Below are positions 40,343 to 49,103 of a stretch of 64,000 nucleotides of DNA, piece by piece (position 1 is the stretch's first letter; every line of letters starts with the position of its first letter). The position numbers and the translations under genes were made by a program. A model generated the notes under the pieces. That model saw only the letters and a list, made by a program, of their open reading frames with translations, was not told the origin of the DNA and searched no databases. Source of the stretch: Candidatus Moraniibacteriota bacterium (lineage in GTDB: Bacteria; Patescibacteriota; Minisyncoccia; Moranbacterales; GCA-2747515); NCBI GenBank assembly GCA_046116545.1, contig CP175956.1, forward strand, positions 897,734-961,733. Reading direction: 5' to 3'.

Positions 40343-40406
40343 AAACCACCAGCAAGATATATTAATCTTTTTTAAAGCTGGTGGTTTAGATAAGTATTTC
40401 TTCCAT
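40343..40406 (-). promoter_or_regulatory. Mini-ORF (MEEILI) whose stop codon abuts a terminator hairpin; leader-peptide-like arrangement
   Basis: AGGAGA RBS, then ATG GAA GAA ATA CTT ATC TAA (40406-40386). The hairpin AAACCACCAGC...GCTGGTGGTTT plus a T run (40343-40387) starts at the stop codon. Confidence 0.35.
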
Positions 40407-40447
40407 TTTTTCTCCTATGATTGTTTTATAATCTTTCTTTTAAAAAA

Positions 40448-40591
40448 TTATAAATGTTCTTGTTCCGAATCCTGTGATACTTTATTATAAAGATCACAAT
40501 ATTCTTTTATCAATTCTACTCGTTGCTGAGTGGTCAATCTCCAATAAATTGGAGATAACATTAAAACGCTTATTGCTTCTCTTTTTCCCAT
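40448..40591 (-). CDS. Small ORF (47 aa) with a strong RBS
   Basis: AAAGGAGGATGTC then ATG. The product is MGKREAISVLMLSPIYWRLTTQQRVELIKEYCDLYNKVSQDSEQEHL. Confidence 0.3.
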   Translation of the reverse strand: MGKREAISVLMLSPIYWRLTTQQRVELIKEYCDLYNKVSQDSEQEHL

Positions 40592-40823
40592 GACATCCTC
40601 CTTTTTTTATTTAGAGAACAACTCTTCTATGAAAAATTAAAAACAAAAGACAATTTCTACAAACAGAAATTGTCTTTTATTTTCAAATAACATTCAGATT
40701 TTTGAATGAAATTATCATATTTAAATTGTATGTTAATGCTTTGATACATTTTTTTATTTTTATTTTCCTACACCAATACTATATCATACTTTTTATGATT
40801 TGTCAATATCAAAAAATTCACCC

Positions 40824-41777
40824 CTATCCATCACCCCTCTTTGCCTTTGTTAATTCTACTGGTTCCGTAAAAACCATATTTTCTTCAACAACACTTAACT
40901 TTTCGTGAATAGCTCCCATTTGTACAAAATATTCAACAACCTCTTGAACCCTATATTCAGGAGCACTAGCTCCCGCACTTACTCCTACTTTTTCAATATT
41001 GCAAAGCCACTCCGTATCTATTTCTTTTGCTTCATCTATCAAATATGCTTTACATCCATTTTGTTTTGCAACCTCCACCAATCTTTTAGAATTTGAAGAT
41101 GTCTTTGAGCCAACTACAAAAATTATATCTACTTTTTTTGCTAAATCAGATATTGCGCTTTGACGATTTGTAGTTGCATAACAAATATCAGCAGCTGTTG
41201 GTGAAACTATATTTATACACTTACTTTTTAATGCTGTAATTATTTTATCCGTTTCTTCCACACTTAACGTTGTTTGAGTTAGAAAAGCTAATTTTTCATC
41301 TTCCCCACACTCGAATCCATCAACATCATGAATACTCTCAAGCACTTCAACATTAATTCCTAATTTTTCAGCTTCACCCACTACACCAAGCCCTTCTACA
41401 TGTCCCTTGTGCCCTATATAGACAACCCTATAACCTTCCTGTATAAATTTCACCATTTCCATATGAACCTTTGTCACAAGTGGACAAGTAGCATCAATAA
41501 CTTTTATATTTCTTTCCCTTGCTTTTTCGAAATGTTCCGGAGGTGAACCATGTGCACTAAAAACAGCAATTGAACCCTCTGGAATTTCCTCTACCGTCTC
41601 AACTGTAATAGCACCTTTGTTTTCCAAATCACTTACAACTGTTTTATTATGAACTATTGCATGTTTTATATACACAGGTTTACCAAAAATATTCAAACAA
41701 TCCTCAACAACATTAACACTTCTAGCAACTCCAGCACAAAATCCTCTAGGGTCTACTGTTACAATTTTTTTTATCAT
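40824..41777 (-). CDS. ispH: 4-hydroxy-3-methylbut-2-enyl diphosphate reductase
   Basis: LytB fold with the three conserved Cys (CAG..., ATCPLV, ...). Confidence 0.9.
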   Translation of the reverse strand: MIKKIVTVDPRGFCAGVARSVNVVEDCLNIFGKPVYIKHAIVHNKTVVSDLENKGAITVETVEEIPEGSIAVFSAHGSPPEHFEKARERNIKVIDATCPLVTKVHMEMVKFIQEGYRVVYIGHKGHVEGLGVVGEAEKLGINVEVLESIHDVDGFECGEDEKLAFLTQTTLSVEETDKIITALKSKCINIVSPTAADICYATTNRQSAISDLAKKVDIIFVVGSKTSSNSKRLVEVAKQNGCKAYLIDEAKEIDTEWLCNIEKVGVSAGASAPEYRVQEVVEYFVQMGAIHEKLSVVEENMVFTEPVELTKAKRGDG

Positions 41778-41793
41778 AAATAAAATTATTATA

Positions 41794-42270
41794 TTATTTT
41801 TTCATCCATAAACCAGCATTATTTTTTCTGGCATCTCGTTGAGCTTCTTTAAAAATATCTACATGGTATACGTCTGGAGGAAATGTTACAAATCTAGCAT
41901 AACCCTCATCTATCATTATTTTATTTATCCAATCATCACCAACATACACATGTCGCAACAATCTATCATATCTATCAGTCTCTGAAATATCTTTTTTCAA
42001 AACCACTTCTTTTCCTTCTATTAACTCTTTCAATCTATCTGTAGCTTCCTTATAATAAGGTTCCCCACGCTCTGGCGTATCCATCCCTATCATACGAATT
42101 CTCTCTCCTGTGTCAATATCAAATGTGTCACCATCAACAACATACGTTACTTCATGTTTTTGCCCAACATCTATAATACCACCAATTTCATCTTCTAAAT
42201 CAAAAAATACAGCAATTAACAACATTGCACAACTAACTAGTATTGCTATATATTTTTGTTTTTTCTGCAT
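41794..42270 (-). CDS. Thermonuclease (SNase-like), membrane-anchored or secreted
   Basis: N-terminal hydrophobic helix, then VVDGDTFDI...RMIGMDTPE staphylococcal nuclease motifs. Confidence 0.8.
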   Translation of the reverse strand: MQKKQKYIAILVSCAMLLIAVFFDLEDEIGGIIDVGQKHEVTYVVDGDTFDIDTGERIRMIGMDTPERGEPYYKEATDRLKELIEGKEVVLKKDISETDRYDRLLRHVYVGDDWINKIMIDEGYARFVTFPPDVYHVDIFKEAQRDARKNNAGLWMKK

Positions 42271-42276
42271 AAGGTA

Positions 42277-42305
42277 TTGACAAATTAATGTAAATGTTGT
42301 ATATT
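42277..42305 (+). promoter_or_regulatory. Consensus sigma70 promoter TTGACA-17-TATATT
   Basis: -35 at 42277-42282 and -10 at 42300-42305. Confidence 0.55.
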
Positions 42306-42348
42306 AGTAAGTTGCATTTATATTAAAATTATACAGGAGGCTCATAAT

Positions 42349-42477
42349 ATGGCAACCGAAAAAACCGTATCCAAAATCAATCCTTCGCTTCTAAGTGAAC
42401 TCATCAAAAGCCTCATAGAAGCTGTACAAAAAATGAACCCTTCTGCGGATGAAATGACTAAAATTATGTACAAATAG
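42349..42477 (+). CDS. Small ORF (42 aa) with a consensus promoter and AGGAGG RBS
   Basis: AGGAGG at 42335-42340, 8 nt before the ATG. The product is MATEKTVSKINPSLLSELIKSLIEAVQKMNPSADEMTKIMYK. Confidence 0.35.
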   Translation: MATEKTVSKINPSLLSELIKSLIEAVQKMNPSADEMTKIMYK

Positions 42478-42572
42478 CCAAAAAATTCGCAAAGAGTTCA
42501 GAGAAATTCTTCACAAATACAAAAAGTAGTACAATACTTACTAGTGCGTTACATGTAAATCATGTGCGCACT

Positions 42573-43439
42573 TTATTTTTTTACAATCATTACATCTTTA
42601 TTCATGCCTTCAATTGCTTCTTTTTTCCCTGTTTTATAATCCCTAATAGCATTAAATAAAACACTGTCCTTATATTTATAACCTCGTCCCACTCTAGTTC
42701 CTGGGTCATTAGTTACAAATTCACCATTCTTTTTATCATAACCTACTATCACAAGCATATGCCTATCTGGTCCACCATTTGTAAAGTTAGGATTATCTAA
42801 CCACTTTCCATTTGTTGGAGCTATGATTATATTCCCGGCTGCCAATACTTTGTACATATCGTCCATTGATATATTTTTTGCAACCACAGAATCATGGCCG
42901 AAATACTCATTGAAAAATTTTGAAGTATCTTCTATTGAAGTATCAATTGCACCATTATACTTAGCTTTTTCTTTTTCAAACATATCTTCCATTTGCTTTT
43001 CTGTATCATTTTTTGATATATGCCACTGATTATTTATCCAAGCATCTGCCATAATCATTGAAGCTTCTTCACACGCATCTTGATATTCCTCTTCGTCCCA
43101 TTGTGCGTGTGGTGCTTGCACAACAAAAGGTACCCGATGTTTTACACTATTCTTTATAGATTCACTAATTTCTTCAGTTTTTTTTATTTCATCATCACCT
43201 TGATTCATTTCAGTTTCATCATCCACGTCCGATTCCTTCAGTTTCTTACTATTTTTTTTCTCAACTTTTTTATTATCATCTTTTTCCAAAACTATTTTTT
43301 GTGATGCATCTGAATAATTAACAAAAAAACTATCTGGTATCATGTACCAAGATACAATTACTACTAAAAAAATAAAAGAGGCTGCAAAACGTATAATAAA
43401 ACTTTTCATACAAAAATTAAAACTATTAAAATTATCCAT
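42573..43439 (-). CDS. Membrane-anchored peptidase C39-like (YvpB-like) domain protein
   Basis: N-terminal TM helix, acidic linker, then VVQAPHAQW...CEEASMIM...PDRHMLVIVGYD (Cys/His pattern of the C39_2 family). Confidence 0.5.
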   Translation of the reverse strand: MDNFNSFNFCMKSFIIRFAASFIFLVVIVSWYMIPDSFFVNYSDASQKIVLEKDDNKKVEKKNSKKLKESDVDDETEMNQGDDEIKKTEEISESIKNSVKHRVPFVVQAPHAQWDEEEYQDACEEASMIMADAWINNQWHISKNDTEKQMEDMFEKEKAKYNGAIDTSIEDTSKFFNEYFGHDSVVAKNISMDDMYKVLAAGNIIIAPTNGKWLDNPNFTNGGPDRHMLVIVGYDKKNGEFVTNDPGTRVGRGYKYKDSVLFNAIRDYKTGKKEAIEGMNKDVMIVKK

Positions 43440-43592
43440 TTCCCCAAAAACAGATTGTAGATACTATTGTACCATATTTTTAGAAAAATGTCTGCATTTT
43501 TTACACTATAAACTTTTCTATTTACAATTTACTAGGTTTTGCAGAGTTTATGTAATGTGCTAAAATAATCACATTGTCTGTTATAACAAAAT

Positions 43593-44168
43593 ATGAGAAA
43601 AATAGTATTCGATATTGAAACAAAAAACACTTTTCAAGAAGTTGGCTCAAATGACGCCACAAAATTAGATATATCACTTTTAGTTATTTACGATTACAAA
43701 ACAAAAGAATACATGACTTTTACAGAAGATAACTTTAGTGAACTATGGCCTATATTAGAAGAAACTGACATGCTCATTGGCTACAATTCAAACAGCTTCG
43801 ATATCCCATTACTAAATAAATACTACCCTGGTGATTTGACTGCAGTGGGCAGTTTAGACATACTTGCTGAAATAAGAAAATCATTTGGAAAAGGAATGCG
43901 ATTAGACAATGTAGCAGAGGCTACAATTGGAGTTGGTAAAAGTGGACATGGACTTCAAGCAATTGAATGGTATAAAGAAGGTCGCATGGATAAAATAGAA
44001 AAATATTGCAAACAAGATGTAAAAGTTACTAAAGATGTATATGAATATGCACTAAAGCACAAGAAACTAAAATACAAAGATCTACTAGATACAATAGAAT
44101 TCACAATAGACACTAGTAATTGGGACAAAAATACAAGTAAAGCAATAAACTATACATTACCTTTATAA
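43593..44168 (+). CDS. DEDD-type 3'-5' exonuclease (RNase H-fold, PolB-exo-like)
   Basis: Exo I FDIET, Exo II YNSNSFD and Exo III YCKQD motifs. Confidence 0.6.
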   Translation: MRKIVFDIETKNTFQEVGSNDATKLDISLLVIYDYKTKEYMTFTEDNFSELWPILEETDMLIGYNSNSFDIPLLNKYYPGDLTAVGSLDILAEIRKSFGKGMRLDNVAEATIGVGKSGHGLQAIEWYKEGRMDKIEKYCKQDVKVTKDVYEYALKHKKLKYKDLLDTIEFTIDTSNWDKNTSKAINYTLPL

Positions 44169-44183
44169 AAACTACACCAATAT

Positions 44184-44215
44184 AAAAAAGATATCTACAA
44201 AGATATCTTTTTTAT
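44184..44215. terminator. Bidirectional terminator between convergent genes
   Basis: AAGATATCT-acaa-AGATATCTT perfect stem with A and T runs. Confidence 0.8.
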
Positions 44216-44245
44216 TTATTTTAATCTCCCGTATCCATTAACTCA

Positions 44246-45550
44246 TTACGGCCTAGTCTCAATAAGTCTACCACTGGAGCAATCTGCATTTGAATTACAT
44301 GTAGATGTACACGCTACATTATTAGTTGAGTCAGATGGAACTGGAGTTGCTTGACAACTTCCCTGTGCATTACATTCTCTTGCTGTGCAATATCCACTAG
44401 TTGTTCCTATTGTTGTTTTTGGATCATCAATTGTTGGATCTGATGAAGTGCAAGTTACTGGAATTGTTACTGAATTAGTATTTTGAGTTATATCAACTCC
44501 TAGAGTTCCTGTACCATTAAATGGAACTGTTTCACTTGAGTCATCTGTTTCACAAGTATATCTATTGCTACACAATCCTTCTGGTTCTACTGATATATTA
44601 ACTGTTGCATCACTGCCATCTATTGGCCAAGGGAATGGATTTGGATTTATTATTAATTCTGGTCTAAAGCATTGTGCATTACATACTATAGATTCTGCAT
44701 GTGTTGGATTATTTCCTATTCTTAGACAATTCCAACTCCAAGGTCCTTCTACTGAAGATCCTATCAAGCTACCTACTTCATATGTTCCTCCGGAACATAG
44801 TTCATCACTTTCTGTTGGTGCTGTTGTTAACAGAGGGTCAGCATCTGTGAATGTTGTGTTGCACTCAGCCTCTTCTTCGTTTGGAGCTGAACATGTAACA
44901 TCAGTTGTACCACCAGCATCACCTGTACAAGTCCAAGTCCACATATTTGTACTTGTATTTAATGTAACTGGATACGGAGTAGGATCTCCATATATACATA
45001 AATTTTCTTCTGGTTCTGGAGCTATTCCAGTTGCCTGCTCATCTGTTGTTGGATCACATATTCCACAGTTTCTTTGTAAATCTTCATTTAAATTGTCACA
45101 ACTTGTTCCTGACGTTGAGTGCCGTGTTACCGATGTTGCTGATTGAATCCCATTTTCATCACATTCACTCCATGTGTCTACCTCTAAGTAATAACAAGTA
45201 TACGTTATTCTAATTGGCTCTGAAACATTTGTACACCATACACCACAGCCCCCCGTATAGCAGGTGGCATAATTCGGGTTTTGTATTCCCCTACTACAAC
45301 TCGCACATGATCCTCCACTAGTACATGCTGAGGGCCCACAATAACCCCCTCCACGACAAATTCCTATAGTACCTACAGAGCTCCAGCTACACCTACTCAC
45401 ACTTGTTGTATAACAAGCAGGATCCCCAGCATTAACAGGTACACCGCCTTCTACTGCACATGTATTAGCTGCATTTACATTTTGAAATATAGCGAATACT
45501 GTGAATGTTAATATCATCAATGTTAATATTTTTTTCATATATTTATTCAT
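44246..45550 (-). CDS. Secreted Cys-rich, Thr/Gly-rich protein
   Basis: Signal peptide MNKYMKKILTLMILTFTVFAIFQNVNA; more than 40 Cys in 434 aa, many in CxxC and CxC spacing; no TM helix. Confidence 0.5.
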   Translation of the reverse strand: MNKYMKKILTLMILTFTVFAIFQNVNAANTCAVEGGVPVNAGDPACYTTSVSRCSWSSVGTIGICRGGGYCGPSACTSGGSCASCSRGIQNPNYATCYTGGCGVWCTNVSEPIRITYTCYYLEVDTWSECDENGIQSATSVTRHSTSGTSCDNLNEDLQRNCGICDPTTDEQATGIAPEPEENLCIYGDPTPYPVTLNTSTNMWTWTCTGDAGGTTDVTCSAPNEEEAECNTTFTDADPLLTTAPTESDELCSGGTYEVGSLIGSSVEGPWSWNCLRIGNNPTHAESIVCNAQCFRPELIINPNPFPWPIDGSDATVNISVEPEGLCSNRYTCETDDSSETVPFNGTGTLGVDITQNTNSVTIPVTCTSSDPTIDDPKTTIGTTSGYCTARECNAQGSCQATPVPSDSTNNVACTSTCNSNADCSSGRLIETRP

Positions 45551-46979
45551 TTATATTTAATGAATTACCATTTTCAAATGCATCTTCTGCTTTTTGATTA
45601 TATTCTTTTTCTTTTTGTGTATTTCCTAGTTGTCTATAACTATTTGCAATAGCATAGTTCAGATCTCTTTCTGTTGCTGGTTTACTTGCAGTTAATAATG
45701 ATACATCTTCTTTTACTAAAGCAATTCCTTTTTGAGCTTCTTCTATTGCTTCATTATATTTTTCTTGCATATACAATGCATATGACAATTTCAGATAACT
45801 AACTGCCTTTGTTGGTGAAAGTTCAATTGCTTTATTTGCATCATTTTCTGCTTCTTTATAGTTTTCTTGTGTAAAATTGAATTCTGAAAATGCTACATAT
45901 AGATTTGGATCATTTGGTGTTATTGTTTTTGCTTTTAGTAAATAGTTTTTTGCTTGTTGTGGATCTTTTTTGTCTATGAAAATACTAGCCATAATTTGAT
46001 ATGCTTCTGATTGAAAAACTGGATCTGCATTATCCATCTGTGTAACTATTTTACAATTCTTTATAGCCTCTTCGTAATTTGATCTTGAATATTCTAAATT
46101 ACATAAATTTGTATATATTACTATGTTCGTCCTATTACCATCTAACTTAGCTGCTGTATTAAATTCTTCTACAGCACCTTCTAATACTCCCATTATTCTA
46201 TATGTATGCCCTTTTCCTGTATGTGCTGACATATTACTATTATCAATTTCTAGAGCCTTATCATACATTAGCATTGCTTGTGTATAATCTGGTTTTATTT
46301 CATTGATATATCCTTCTACTCTATATACTTCTGAGTTTTTGTCATCTATTTTTTTTGCATTTTCTATTGCTTCAAATGCTTTGTCTACATAAGGAGTTTG
46401 ATTATTTCCTTGTTCTTGCTGGGTTAATCCTTTTTCTGCATATGACAGTGCTAAACTTATATAGTTGTTTATATTTTCTTTATCAGTTTCTGTTAATTTT
46501 TCATATTCTATTATTGCTTTTTCGTTATGTGCTTTTGAATATATATTTGCTAAGTATTGCGGATTATTTACTTCCATTTTTTCTATTGAGCTTTTAACTA
46601 CTTGATGACATGCATCTTTTTGAATTTCACTGTTAATACTGTCACAGAGGGATTCGTCAAGTTGATTTAATGCACGCTCATAAAAAGATGCATCCATTGT
46701 TGCACTTTTACATTTTTCTTTTAATACTTCTTTTTTAATACAATCACAACTGTTTATATCTTTTGTTTCTATTGCATATTTATATGATTTTTGGTCATTT
46801 TCATATTTACATTCAAGAACTGGAAGATCTCCGGTTACTTCATCCAACTCTACTTGTTCAATTTGATTATTTTTAATAATTGCATTTCTTGCTGGTTCAT
46901 ATAGAAATACAAATGCAGTTGCTGCAAATAGAATTATTGCAATACTTGCAATGATTGTTGCTTGTTTTTTATTTTGCAT
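45543..46979 (-). CDS. Membrane-anchored TPR-repeat protein
   Basis: N-terminal TM helix and multiple 34-aa TPR-like repeats. Its stop overlaps the start of the downstream Cys-rich gene. Confidence 0.55.
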   Translation of the reverse strand: MQNKKQATIIASIAIILFAATAFVFLYEPARNAIIKNNQIEQVELDEVTGDLPVLECKYENDQKSYKYAIETKDINSCDCIKKEVLKEKCKSATMDASFYERALNQLDESLCDSINSEIQKDACHQVVKSSIEKMEVNNPQYLANIYSKAHNEKAIIEYEKLTETDKENINNYISLALSYAEKGLTQQEQGNNQTPYVDKAFEAIENAKKIDDKNSEVYRVEGYINEIKPDYTQAMLMYDKALEIDNSNMSAHTGKGHTYRIMGVLEGAVEEFNTAAKLDGNRTNIVIYTNLCNLEYSRSNYEEAIKNCKIVTQMDNADPVFQSEAYQIMASIFIDKKDPQQAKNYLLKAKTITPNDPNLYVAFSEFNFTQENYKEAENDANKAIELSPTKAVSYLKLSYALYMQEKYNEAIEEAQKGIALVKEDVSLLTASKPATERDLNYAIANSYRQLGNTQKEKEYNQKAEDAFENGNSLNINE

Positions 46980-47041
46980 TGTTTTTTATTTTAATTGCTT
47001 AGTTTTATTTATTATAACATCTTTTAAAAAAATGAAAAGAT

Positions 47042-47758
47042 TTAAAACTTACCATTCAAAAACCTTTTTCTTTTTTGTTCTTCCATTTTTTCTATTGCAT
47101 ATCGCAATGTCACTCTTGGTAATTCATTGTAATTTTTCATTAAGAACTCTTCACAAATTTTATTATCACGCTTCCAAACCTCTCTAAGCATCCAACCTGT
47201 TGCTTTATGCATCAAATCTTCATCATTAGACAAAAAAACTTTTGCATATCTCAATGTATTGTCAAATTCACCTCTTTTTGTAAATGCCCATGTTGCCAAT
47301 ATACACACCCTACGATTCCAATAAAAATTTGACTTTGCTAATTCATCTAAAATATTCAATTCTTTTCTATTATCTGCAATATATTCACCTGCTATATGTG
47401 GCGCTGATAAATCAACTAGATTCCAATTATTGATATGCTCTAAGTTTTTTAGATAAAAATTATATATTTGCTTTTTAGTTACGTCATTTATTTTTTTACT
47501 CCGAAATCTCTCAACTAAAATAACGAGTGCGCACAAACGCTCCTCGTTATATTTTGAAGTTATTAATTTTTGTACATTCACTAAATCACAATCCTTGTAT
47601 TTTTTTGCAACTTTTCTCACATCTGGATTTAAAATACCCAAAAACCTATCATGCGCTCCATATTCACCTTTGCCAGTTTTAAAAAACCGTTCATTTGTTT
47701 CTTTTCGATTTTTTGTAATATGTTTTTTAAGGTCTTTACTTACATCAAGATAATTCAT
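47042..47758 (-). CDS. DNA alkylation repair protein (AlkC/AlkD-like HEAT-repeat glycosylase family)
   Basis: 238 aa all-helical protein with the WNLVD..., ...GWMLRE pattern typical of the family. Confidence 0.6.
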   Translation of the reverse strand: MNYLDVSKDLKKHITKNRKETNERFFKTGKGEYGAHDRFLGILNPDVRKVAKKYKDCDLVNVQKLITSKYNEERLCALVILVERFRSKKINDVTKKQIYNFYLKNLEHINNWNLVDLSAPHIAGEYIADNRKELNILDELAKSNFYWNRRVCILATWAFTKRGEFDNTLRYAKVFLSNDEDLMHKATGWMLREVWKRDNKICEEFLMKNYNELPRVTLRYAIEKMEEQKRKRFLNGKF

Positions 47759-47763
47759 GACTT

Positions 47764-48810
47764 TTATCGTTTCTCTGGTACAGCAACAGTTACATCTATA
47801 TCTTTTAACATTGTTGCAATGCCAATATTTATTTTATGTTGTGCATCCATATATAATGTATAATCCCTAGAATCTATTTTATATGAAAACTCAAAAATAA
47901 ATCCCCATTCACCAAATGTTTTCAGATGCACTCTACTACACTTAGCATTGTCAATTGCATTGATGATTTCTGTTATTTTTGCTGGAATTTGCTCCATTTT
48001 TTCAACATCTGTATCAAACTCTACAATAAATTGACTCTTTACATTTCGATCATCCATTCTCTTGTAATTATGCACCCTAGATGATGTCAAATCCTGATTT
48101 GACATAATCAATTCTTCACCAGTTCTTGCTTTTACTCTAGTTGTCTTAATTCCTATTTTTTTAATAGTCCCAATATCATCACCAACCTTAACTGTGTCTC
48201 CAGCCTTAAATGGCTTATCAAAATATATAGAAAATGAAGCAAATAAATCAGCTAATATCTCTTTTAAAGCAAAAGCAATTGCAATACCTCCAACTCCAAC
48301 ACCAGCTATAAGAGAAGCAATATTTACTCCAATATTTGAAAGTATCATCATAATTCCAAATATCCACACTATTATTGTAGCTATAGCACTTAGCAACTGA
48401 GCTGCACTCTTAGCATGTTCATCATCTTCATCTCCGCTAATTTTCCCGGCTACATATTCTATTACAATTTGAATTGATTTTGTAATTTGAAAAATAACAA
48501 CAACTATGACGACAACATTTACAATATTTTGCACAGCATCCCCTAAAGTAAGAGTCCTTAACGCAATATAAATTGCCAAAACAATATACAACCTAGGACG
48601 TATTGAATTTATAAACTCAACTATAACATCATCTATATCCGTTGCTGTCTTAAGTGCGAATTTTTCAAATTTTGACATTACAATTTTTTGCAATATAAAA
48701 AGCACAATGAGTGCAATAATAAAATACAAAAAAGCATCTACATAATTCGCAACAGAATTACCCCAAAACATTTTATCCAAAACATCGCCCTCAATAAATC
48801 TATTTATCAT
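47764..48810 (-). CDS. Small-conductance mechanosensitive channel (MscS family)
   Basis: TM helices plus the conserved beta domain (...FDKPFKAGDTVKVGDDIGTIKKIGIKTTRV...). Confidence 0.8.
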   Translation of the reverse strand: MINRFIEGDVLDKMFWGNSVANYVDAFLYFIIALIVLFILQKIVMSKFEKFALKTATDIDDVIVEFINSIRPRLYIVLAIYIALRTLTLGDAVQNIVNVVVIVVVIFQITKSIQIVIEYVAGKISGDEDDEHAKSAAQLLSAIATIIVWIFGIMMILSNIGVNIASLIAGVGVGGIAIAFALKEILADLFASFSIYFDKPFKAGDTVKVGDDIGTIKKIGIKTTRVKARTGEELIMSNQDLTSSRVHNYKRMDDRNVKSQFIVEFDTDVEKMEQIPAKITEIINAIDNAKCSRVHLKTFGEWGFIFEFSYKIDSRDYTLYMDAQHKINIGIATMLKDIDVTVAVPEKR

Positions 48811-49053
48811 ATTTACAATTTAATTAATATATCTACAAATATTTAACTTACATTTATTTTAACTTATTTTTTCATACAGTACAATAAAAAATAAAATATC
48901 TATTCAAAATTTTTCCAATATAACTGTCATTATGAGTGGCTGAGCTATTTCATATAGTTAAGTTATTATCTACCATAGATTGCTTCACAGAGCACAATTA
49001 ATATGACTTCTGTTCGCAAAGACGATGATTTTTGGATAAATCTAAATAGTTAC

Positions 49054-49098
49054 AAAAAAATACATATTTGAATATATATTCAAATATGTATTTTTTAT
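49054..49098. terminator. Long palindromic terminator
   Basis: AAAATACATATTTGAATAT/ATATTCAAATATGTATTTT. Confidence 0.7.
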
Positions 49099-49103
49099 AA
49101 TGC

